Origin: Dehalococcoidia bacterium
GTDB lineage: Bacteria > Chloroflexota > Dehalococcoidia > Lucifugimonadales > UBA3495
Direction of reading: 5' to 3'
DNA: 64,000 nucleotides
Assembly: GCA_965207865.1 (NCBI GenBank)
Contig: CBDBNP010000008.1
Location: 973,372-1,037,371 of the forward strand
The notes under the pieces are model-generated. The model did not search any database and was not told the origin of the DNA. It was given only the letters and a program-made list of their open reading frames with translations. Of the stretch, positions 1 to 8,700 are shown one piece after another; within the stretch, counting starts at the first letter, position 1, and each line of letters starts with the position of its first letter. The translations under genes and the position numbers were made by a program.

Positions 1-480
1 GTGAAAGGCCATCACCGTATCGCACAGAGGACAGAAGGTCACCAGGACCGGGACGCCGGCGATCTCGTCGTTGACCACCTCGTGGTACACCAGCATCCGT
101 AGGGGGTACACGTGGACCTCATCGTCCAAAGCCAGTACACCCACCGGATCGTCATCGTCCAGCCAGGAGCCAGCGGACTTCACCGACTCGAACTGAGGCC
201 GGTAGATGGGAGGGATGGCGTCCCGGTTATTGCCTGGGCCCAGAGTTGCCGGGTCTAGGATGTACCTGTCCCGGTTGGTGCGCCAAGTGCCGCCCACCAC
301 CGGCGTGGGGAAATGCAGAGAGTGCTCGGCCTCTACACGCGCGATGGGCGAAAGAGCGAACGAGTTCTCGGGCCCTGACTGGGGAGGAGTGGCTCCCGGG
401 GTTGCCGCAGTGCAGGCGATGACCGTGACTACGGCGCTGGCAATGACCAGCCCCGGAAGGCCGCTGAGGATGTTGCTCAG
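1..480 (-). CDS. DUF3179 domain-containing protein, partial (C-terminal part lies beyond the left window edge; start codon unresolved)
   Basis: The minus-strand frame reads LSNILSGLPGLVIASAVVTVIAC (signal/lipobox-like), then DAIPPIYRPQFESV and YPLRMLVYHEVVNDEIAGVPVLVTFCPLCDT, which is the conserved DUF3179 core. There is no in-frame ATG or GTG below the upstream permease stop at 477-479, so the start is uncertain. Confidence 0.6.
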   Translation of the reverse strand, partial: MSNILSGLPGLVIASAVVTVIACTAATPGATPPQSGPENSFALSPIARVEAEHSLHFPTPVVGGTWRTNRDRYILDPATLGPGNNRDAIPPIYRPQFESVKSAGSWLDDDDPVGVLALDDEVHVYPLRMLVYHEVVNDEIAGVPVLVTFCPLCDTVMAFH

Positions 481-1385
481 CCAGTCCCCCGCAGTCGCGG
501 GTCCAGCACGTCTCGCAGGGCGTCTCCAAGCAGGTTGAACCCGAACACCGCAATGCCCAGAAATAGGCTAGGGAATACGATCAGCCACCAATAATTCGAC
601 ATCTCCGTCAGGCTCAGCCCGGACAGCATGCCGCCCCAGGTTGGCACGTTCGGCGGTACGCCCACGCCAAGGAAGCTCAGGGAAGCCTCCACAAGGATGG
701 CATAGCCCAAATTGATGGTGGCCAGAATTATGAAGAGGGCAAGGCAGTTGGGCACGATGTGGCGGATAATGATTCGCGCGTCGCCGGCGCCCACCGCCCG
801 GGCTGCCAGCACATAGTCCATCTCCTTGAGGGCCAGCGCCTGGGAGCGCACGGTCCGGATGGCGCTGGGGGCCAAAACGGCGACCAGTGCAATGATGATA
901 TTGAACACCGACGAGCCAAGGGCGGCCATGAGGGCCAACGCCAGGATTATTCCCGGAAAGGCTATGAAAGCATCCACAAAACGCTGGATGATGAGATCGA
1001 ATTTCCCCCCATAGTAGGCGCTGATAGCGCCCATCAAGGCGCCTGCGGTAATACCTATTGCTATGCTGACGAAGCCAACGAACAGAGAGATGCGGCCCCC
1101 ATAGAAGAGCCTGCTCAGGACATCCTGCCCCGCGAAATTTCCGCCCAGAGGCATGGTTGTTCCGGGGGATGCAAATGAAAATTCGGCGTTGATCTGGTTG
1201 GGTTCAAAGGGTGATATGAGCGGCGCAAATATCGCAATCAGAATCAGGAGAAATACCATTGCGCCGCCGACGGCTCCCGAGGGTTTTCTCCTGCAAAAAT
1301 TAGCCAGCGCAAGCGCAAAGCCCTGCGTTGCCCGGATGCCTCTGACGATCGGGGGCACAGCTATCGCAGCTGGATCACTCGACAT
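477..1385 (-). CDS. ABC transporter permease, peptide/nickel type (DppC/OppC-like)
   Basis: This 302-aa ORF is multi-TM and carries the permease loop motif LAARAVGAGDARIIIRHIVPN. It lies directly downstream of a second permease gene and the substrate-binding protein gene. Confidence 0.88.
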   Translation of the reverse strand: MSSDPAAIAVPPIVRGIRATQGFALALANFCRRKPSGAVGGAMVFLLILIAIFAPLISPFEPNQINAEFSFASPGTTMPLGGNFAGQDVLSRLFYGGRISLFVGFVSIAIGITAGALMGAISAYYGGKFDLIIQRFVDAFIAFPGIILALALMAALGSSVFNIIIALVAVLAPSAIRTVRSQALALKEMDYVLAARAVGAGDARIIIRHIVPNCLALFIILATINLGYAILVEASLSFLGVGVPPNVPTWGGMLSGLSLTEMSNYWWLIVFPSLFLGIAVFGFNLLGDALRDVLDPRLRGTG

Positions 1386-1418
1386 GACTCTACTCTTCCC
1401 GTTGGTCTGGAAAATCCA

Positions 1419-2378
1419 TTAACCGTAGCGGATTCTGGGGTTGAGCCAGCCGTAGGCCAGATCAACGATCAGATTCAGGACCAGTACCACGACGGCTATC
1501 AGCATGACCGTGGACTGAACGATGGGGTAATCCCTGATCAGGACGCTTCTCACCAACATCTCGCCGATGCCTGGAACCACGAAGATAACCTCAATTATCA
1601 CCGCTCCACCGATCAGGCGGCTCAATTGGAAGCCGGCCACGGTCAGCACGGGCAAAAAGGCGTTCTTCAGGGCATGGCGGGCGATGACAATCAGTTCATG
1701 GAGGCCCTTGGACCTTGCAGTCCTGATGTAGTCCTCCCGCAGGACCTCCAGCATGGCGGAGCGGGTGACCCTGGTGGCAAATGCCATGTTGAAATAACCC
1801 AGGACCAGGGCCGGGAAGATCAACTGTTGCAAATTCGTCAGCGGGTCAGTCCAGAGCTGGGCATAGCCTAATGGAGGAAGCCATTGGAAAAAGCGGGCGA
1901 GGACGAATATCGTCAGCAAGCCCACCACGAAGGGCGGTAACGCAATGCCCCCGACGGTGAATATTCTGGAAACACCATCAAACCAGCTGTCCTGCTTCAC
2001 CGCCGATAGAACCCCCAAGGGCACGGCAACCACATAGGAGAGAATCAGGGCAAGCAGGGCCAACTCTACGCTGAGGGGGAACCTGGTCTCCAGCATGTCG
2101 GACACTGGGACTCCGGTAAATTCAAAGGACTCGCCGAGGTCCCACGTGACCAGGCCCTGTATGAATTCCGCGTACTGTACGTGGAACTGCTTGTCGGTCC
2201 CCAGCCGCTCCCGCATCCTTTGAACGTCTTCCTCGGTATAGCTCCCCACGCCTCCCTGGCTGAGCAGCGCTATAGCCGGGTCCCCCGGAAGAAACCGCAT
2301 GATCGCGAAGACCAGGAAGGAGACCAGTATCAGCGTTGGCACGAAGAGCGCAAGCCTCTGGAAGAAATACGCGGTCAT
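1419..2378 (-). CDS. ABC transporter permease, peptide/nickel type (DppB/OppB-like)
   Basis: This 319-aa ORF has the DppB-type N-terminus MTAYFFQRLALFVPTLILVSFLVF and the loop motif YIRTARSKGLHELIVIARHALKNAFLPVLT. Confidence 0.88.
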   Translation of the reverse strand: MTAYFFQRLALFVPTLILVSFLVFAIMRFLPGDPAIALLSQGGVGSYTEEDVQRMRERLGTDKQFHVQYAEFIQGLVTWDLGESFEFTGVPVSDMLETRFPLSVELALLALILSYVVAVPLGVLSAVKQDSWFDGVSRIFTVGGIALPPFVVGLLTIFVLARFFQWLPPLGYAQLWTDPLTNLQQLIFPALVLGYFNMAFATRVTRSAMLEVLREDYIRTARSKGLHELIVIARHALKNAFLPVLTVAGFQLSRLIGGAVIIEVIFVVPGIGEMLVRSVLIRDYPIVQSTVMLIAVVVLVLNLIVDLAYGWLNPRIRYG

Positions 2379-2558
2379 GCTCGCTCCTGAGGAGTAGTTG
2401 GAAGTAAATTAGTACCAGCGGTCAAGATGGGCCCGCCGGGCCCTTGGGGCTTGAGATCGTCGGGTCGAAACCTTGATGCCGAACTTAGGTTGCTGACGAC
2501 TAAGAAACTATCTCAAGTCAGGTGAGTAGCAGTACAGCGCAATAGCGGCACAGCGTTT

Positions 2559-2612
2559 TCACCCCCCACCCTGACCCTCCCCCTTCAAGGGGGAGGGAAC
2601 CTTTGAGATAGT
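2559..2612. repeat. REP-like palindromic element (family 1: CACCCC..CCCT..CCCTCCCCC loop GGGGGAGGG AACCTTT)
   Basis: A perfect 9-bp GC stem, ccctccccc (2575-2583) pairing with gggggaggg (2589-2597), encloses a 5-nt loop. The same consensus recurs at 21111-21234 and 22831-22925. Confidence 0.8.
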
Positions 2613-2639
2613 TTCCAGGTCCTGGAGGCGTGCCCGCGG

Positions 2640-4415
2640 TTACTGTTCCATCCAGACGTGTTCCTTCTGGTAACCGTACTGGACGGTAAACGGCGCAGTG
2701 TTCATGTTCTTGACGTGGTTCAGATGGATCAATTGCTCCATCGGGTGCCAGAACATGGGGCGGCCGTGGCCCTCGCCCTGGCGGAGAATGTCCTCGGCGT
2801 CCTTGATGAGCGCACGCCGTGCCGCCTGGTCAGGCTCGCTCTTTTGTGTTTCAAAGATCTCACTGACCTGGGAGTCCTCGTACTTCAGTGCATTCCTTGG
2901 CCCGCCAGGCATGTATACACCCAGGAACACGTCATCCGGGTCAATGATGTTGGTTCCATGGCCAAAGCCGAGCATGTGCTTGTAGTCCCCCGCCTGCTCA
3001 GCGTTGGCTGCCGTGGTGGTGTCCCTCGGCAGCAGGTTCAGCTCGACACCTATCTCCTTCATATTCTCCTTGAGGATAATGGCTTCCTCTTCGAATATGT
3101 CGGCGTACAGGTAGTCGAGGGTCAACCCGTCGGGGAACCCGGCCTCGGCCAGCAGGTCCCTGGCCATTTGCAGGTCTGCAGGGTCTTTCTTCAGGCCCGG
3201 CACGCCCACCGGGTCACCGATGTACAGTTCGCCGCTCTCATCAACGTACCGGAAGCCGGGCCACTCGGATATCTCCTCTGGAGTCGCCGACATCCAGGTA
3301 TCCGGGAAGAAGGGTATTCCTAGGCTGCCGTTGCCGAGGCGGTTAATTTCCACCTGCTCCTTGCTGTCAAAGCCCAGGTAGATCGCTCTCCTAACCCGGG
3401 GGTCGTCCACCGGAGGGTTGTTGAAGTTGAACTCGTAGTAGCGGAATACGTTTGTGACGGGAGTGTAAAGGATCCTGCCTTTACCCTCGAGCGCACTTGC
3501 AAGGTCTTTCAACTGTGGTTCGGTCCAGGCAGCTCCGGGAGCCCAATCGACCTGACCCACCTCCAGGGCTGCCGCGAGCCTGCTCTTGTCATTGATGACG
3601 AAGACCTTGACTCCGTCAAGGAAGGGCAACCCCTCCTTGAAATAGTTGGGATTCTTCTCTATCTCCATGCTGCTGCCCAGTTCCCTGGTCTTGAACATGA
3701 AGGCGCCCGAGCCCACCAGGTTATTGGGGTCGGCGAAGAAATCGGCCACGTCAGCCGGCTTGCCTTCCAGCACGTGCTTGGGGTGCATGACCATGAAGTC
3801 CACGGTCAGGAAGGGGAGCAGGGCCGCAGGGTTGGCGAACTTGGTGTTCACCTTCACCGTGTGAGTGTCTATGGCCTCGGAGCTCGCGTAGTAGGGCTCG
3901 ACGTTCCTGGTCCGCGGCCTCACCTGGTCCAGGTCCGTCATATTATCCAGGCTGTACACCGCATCTTCGGCGGTGACAGGCTCGCCATCGAACCATGTTG
4001 CATTCTGCGCGAGATGGAAGTTGATGCTCTTACCATCCTCGGCCCATTCCCAGCTCTCGGCCAGGTCACCGACTATGGTGTTCTGGTCAGCCGGGTCGCG
4101 CATCACCAGCAGGTTGTAGGGGTTGCGGGCTATAAATACCGACCTGTTGCAGCACCCGACCCAGGGGCTCCAGTGGTCATTCTCGTAGATGTGACCCTCC
4201 CGAAGGATCCCACCGTACACCCCCTGGTCCACAAACCTTTTCCAGTACCCCTCCGAGCTGACCATTGCGGTCTCGGCAGTGGGCGCTGCTGCGGTGGTCG
4301 CCGCCGGCGCGGAATCATCACCATCATCGCTACCACAGGCAACGATAATCATGAGCAACAGGGCACACAGAAGCGGGAAAATTACCCTGATGCTTGACGG
4401 CAGAATCTTGTTCAT
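2640..4415 (-). CDS. ABC transporter substrate-binding lipoprotein, family 5 (DppA/OppA-like)
   Basis: This 591-aa ORF has a lipoprotein signal ending LLMIIVACGSDDG and a GGAGG RBS about 8 nt upstream of the ATG. Its size and sequence pattern (NPNYFKEGLPFLDGVKV, DPRVRRAIYLGFD) are typical of family-5 solute-binding proteins. Confidence 0.85.
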   Translation of the reverse strand: MNKILPSSIRVIFPLLCALLLMIIVACGSDDGDDSAPAATTAAAPTAETAMVSSEGYWKRFVDQGVYGGILREGHIYENDHWSPWVGCCNRSVFIARNPYNLLVMRDPADQNTIVGDLAESWEWAEDGKSINFHLAQNATWFDGEPVTAEDAVYSLDNMTDLDQVRPRTRNVEPYYASSEAIDTHTVKVNTKFANPAALLPFLTVDFMVMHPKHVLEGKPADVADFFADPNNLVGSGAFMFKTRELGSSMEIEKNPNYFKEGLPFLDGVKVFVINDKSRLAAALEVGQVDWAPGAAWTEPQLKDLASALEGKGRILYTPVTNVFRYYEFNFNNPPVDDPRVRRAIYLGFDSKEQVEINRLGNGSLGIPFFPDTWMSATPEEISEWPGFRYVDESGELYIGDPVGVPGLKKDPADLQMARDLLAEAGFPDGLTLDYLYADIFEEEAIILKENMKEIGVELNLLPRDTTTAANAEQAGDYKHMLGFGHGTNIIDPDDVFLGVYMPGGPRNALKYEDSQVSEIFETQKSEPDQAARRALIKDAEDILRQGEGHGRPMFWHPMEQLIHLNHVKNMNTAPFTVQYGYQKEHVWMEQ

Positions 4416-4559
4416 CGCAATGCCTCCACTAACGTTTAGCCTACAATGGCTGGCCTGGCGCCAAGTCTACTCGCCGGTAGCTGGCCGCCGAAGGCCTGAA
4501 ACGGCAATTTACATCCAGAGGCCTACCTGCTGTCAGCCTTTTGTTCTTACGTGCTCTCT

Positions 4560-5035
4560 CTGGTGGTGCTTTCCTGACGCGGATGTCACCAACTGGGCGG
4601 TATTTAGGTTGAATCCTTTGCGCCCAAAGACGATGACTGGCCCCGCTTACCGGGCCATATTCATCCCTTCAAGTGTGTCTGGCAATTTGTCAGGCTCCCT
4701 CCGAGAGTTACCTCCACTGGTAATCAGGTCGGCCTGGCCTGTCCCCCAAGGCGATCGAGGTCCCACATTTGTCGGAATTGGTTGAGACCTTGATAGCGTC
4801 CAATAAGGGCAACCTCCTTGAGGAAATATGGTTCCTCTCCACCTCCGCAGTACTGAACTCCGACCCTATGGAAGTGAGGGCGTCCGAGACCACTGCGGTC
4901 TCGGCGTCGCCCTAGATATCGCTCCCGTCGCCTTGCTTACCTTCACCCTTTCTCAAGGGTGCATAACCATTAGGTCGACGGTCATAAACGGGGCAGCGCC
5001 CCGTGGTTAGGAGGGACCTCGATGCAAAACCAGAA
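4560..5035 (-). pseudogene. Decayed fragment of a family-5 solute-binding protein gene (paralogue of 2640-4415)
   Basis: The minus-strand translation is broken by stops and frameshifts but aligns by eye with the intact neighbour. Examples are NHGALPRL vs NPAALLPFL, EVERNHISSRRLPLLDAIKVSTNSDK vs EIEKNPNYFKEGLPFLDGVKVFVINDK, and FNLN..GDIRVRKA vs FNFN..DDPRVRRA. Confidence 0.55.
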
Positions 5036-5707
5036 GATGCCGACTGTAGCCTGTTGAATGAAGTCAGGCGGGCGCCGATCCTCCTGATTCTGAGATTCGT
5101 TGCATAATACTTACATTACTTTTAAGTGTCAATCGAAAGATAACACTCGACAATAAGCAATCTTTGTGTCGTATTGTTGCCTGAATCGCGACGAATTACG
5201 TAGAGAGGATGTTGGCCGTGAATTTCGTTGAAGAATATCGGCTAGCTGTGGTCCAAGCACTCAGCGTCGTGGTCTTGCGTTGATGCCCTGCGAGAATGTC
5301 AGGTCAACTGATCTGCACTATTGTCCATGCGGTGTGCTTACCCTCTTTGGCTGTCGGATCCTGGTGGCGCCTATTTCCTGAGGGGCGGGCTGTCCGCCAA
5401 GGAATAGCGGCGCATAGTGTTTCGATGGACGCCCTGCTCACTACCTTACTGATGCGAAGCCACTCTCACGGCCATAAAGAGAAATGGGCGTCCAGCGAGA
5501 CTTGGCAATCTCCGTATCACGGCCGTGGATTAAGAACCATTGGGATCGCGTCTGTAGCGGTCAACATAGTGTCGCTTGAGGTTGAAACAATTTAGACACC
5601 TGGATGTTCCGGTCTTTAAGTGTCGGCACCATCGCTCCGACTGCAGTTGGGGCATCTGTCGGCGACGCCACGGGCGACCCGAATGCTGTTGGCTGGCGCG
5701 GAGCAGC

Positions 5708-8700
5708 CTACCTCATAACGACGTAATTCCAGCCGGGGTACAGGGTGCGCCCTCGGAACTCCGTCCGACGGTCCACGCTGACTGCCAGGACGACCGGCGG
5801 GTTGGCGGCGAGGTCAACCGTCGTCAGCGTGTTGAACGCCGCGAGTTCCGGGTCAGGGTCGTAGAATTTCCACTGTTGGGACCGGCTGTCCAGCCACCAG
5901 ACCCTCTGCAATGCCCCGCTGGCAGCAAGCGCGCCGAAAATTTGCTGGACTGACTGGACACCGCTCCCCGGCTGTGGCGTGAGCGGGTCCTCCGTTAGCG
6001 GCACGAGGTTCCAGCCGGCGTAAAGTGGAAGGCCGCGGAATCGCTGGTTCCTGGTGACGTTAATGGCGACGACAGCCGGCGTATCCGATGCCAGGTTGAC
6101 CGTCCTCAGCGAGTTAAATGGCACCAACCGGGGCTCCGGATCATAGAACAGCCAGCTCTGATACCTCTCCACCAACCGCCAAACCCGGCCCAGTGTTCCG
6201 TTTGCCGAGAGTGGCTGGAACACCTGCTCAGCACGCTGAGTCGCAAGCGCCGGACGTGGCGGTGCCTGGGGAGCCGGGGGTACGATGAACCTTCCGCCCC
6301 CGCCACCAGTATTTCGCGGTGGTGGGGGTGGCGGAGGAGCCGCACTTGTGGTGCCTCTTCCGGTCGATGACCATCCTCCAGGGCCTGCAGAGTTTCTGGC
6401 ACGCACCTGGACCTCATACGTGGTGCTCGCGGAAAGGCCAGTAACTGTGTAGCTGCGACTGTTGCCAACGCTGACGGGTGACGGCCAGGAGATGCTGCCG
6501 TTCCGACGATAGCGTAGCTCGTAGCTCGTGGGCGAGGGCCCTCCCGACGGTGCCGACCACGTGATCCGCAGGCTGTTGGCAGACGCTGCGGTAACCGTCG
6601 GTGTCGAGGGCGTTCGTGGTATTACTGGGGGAGGCGGAGGCCCACCCTCGTCATCGTTGGTGATGGTGACTGTTGCGGTTGCCGCGCCACCAGTCAGGTA
6701 TGGAAGCCCTGAACTGGCGTAAGACAGTCTTACCGTAAAGCTTTCGTCCCCCTCGTCGTAGACGTCGTCCTGGACATCTACGATTATCTGTCTTTCAGCT
6801 CGATACCTCACTTCACCGCTAACGACCGTCGATGTGAAATCTGTGTGCAATATGGTTTCGGTTGCGCTCAAATGGGAGTAATCTGAGCCCTGCCGGGCAC
6901 TGCCCGCGCTCGTCGTAGCCCTTACGCTGAAGGAGACATCCGACAGCGGCGCCCCTTCCTCTGTAGTGGTGGCTTGGGCGTACATGATGACGCTCCCAGC
7001 GTCCTCGCTAACCGAATAGTCCGGCTGTTCCCAGCTCAAGGCTATCGGAACGAAATCGTCATCGGCGATCTTGACGGTGGCGATGGCCGAACCTCCCTGC
7101 AGGTGGAGTGGGCCGGGGTTGGCGTACTCAATCGTAACCGAGAGGTCCTCCTCGATTTCATCGGTGGTGTCGTCCACGATGGATACCGAGACCTGCTTTG
7201 CGGCGCGGTACCGGGGCTGGCCGTTGACGGTTGTGCGGCTAAAGTCGTTTCTGTCGAAGGTGATGGTATCGTCTACCTGCGTGTAATCGCCGGGCTGCGA
7301 CGCGGCGCCGTTTGCAGTGGAGACCGAAGCGTCGAAGGTGAAGCCGTCTTCCGGGCGCTTGTCCACGGTGGTGACAGCAAGAGCGCGCAGTGTGGCGCTG
7401 CCGTCGTCCTCGTCTACGGTAACGTCGGTCTGGTCCCAGCTGAGGGTCACCGGCACGTGCTCGTCGTCGTTGATTGTGATCGTCGCCGATTGCGGTCCTC
7501 CCCGGAGATGCGATAGCCCGGGAGTCTGGTAGTTCATTGTCACCCGGAAGTTTTCATCGGATTCGTCAGTAGTGTCGTCGTTGATGTCTATGGTGAAATC
7601 CCTGGTCGCTTGGTATAGCTGCTGCCCGTTAACGTCTGTCTGGCTGAAATCGCTGGCGACGAAGCTGGCCGAGGAGGGTGGAGGGGTGTAGTCGTCGGTC
7701 ACTGTCGTGCCGAGATCGGTGGTTGATAACACGAGCTCAAATTCAAAGTCGGCTTCGGGCGGCGCGTTAAGGGTGGTTGTGAACACCGCCGTCAGCTCCA
7801 CGCTGCCTACGTCCTCGTCTACTTCCAGCGTAGTCTCCTCCCACTGCATGGTGATGGGTATGTCGTCCGGCAGAGGGGTGCCGGTCCGGGTGCCGGACCA
7901 CTCCCCGTCGCCGGCGGAATTCACGGCCCGCACCTGCACGTCGTACTCCACGGCGTTGGTGAGGCTCCTGATTGTGTATTCCAGGTTGCCGCTTCTCCAG
8001 GCGTTATCCTGCACCGTCCAGTTGGAGTCCACCGTCTCGTCGGCGCTGGTCTCGATATACCGCACGTCGTAGGCGGTAATTCTCCCGCCTCCATTGTCGG
8101 AAGGCTCGGTCCAGGCAACGGCTAGTTCCCCGTCCCCACGAGTTACGTTGGTTATCGCTGGCGTCGACGGCTCGACAATGGTGGGCATGGCGGTCGTTAC
8201 CTCGGACCAAATGCCGATTCCCTCCGAATTGCGGGCCCGTACCTGAATTTCGTACTCGACGTTTCCTGAGAGACCCGTGATGCTGTGACTCCGGTTGCTG
8301 AGCGTTCCCACGCTGGTCTCTTCGGTCCAGTTGGCGTCACTCTTGTCTGTTGCATCCTTGCGTATGTAGCGCAGGTCGTAGGAGGTGACAGCGGACTTCC
8401 CGATGTCGGTAGGCTCCTTCCACTCGATGGTCAGGGTGCCCCCACTGGGCGTAACGTCATCAAAATCCGGCGCAGCCGGTTGGTAGCCATGGCCGTAGAT
8501 GGTGAGACCCCAGGACCTGAGACTTCCCGTCGTGCCTCTTTCCTCATCCCTTATACGCAGCGTCCACTCTCCGGCCGCAGCCTCGCCCAGAAATCGGGCG
8601 GAGCCGAAACGGAACTCTGAGGTCAAGCGGGCGTCGAGGGGGGCTGATGGAACCAGGGTGGAGACCTCTCCGGAGGGTGACTCCAACTCAACGTGTAGGT

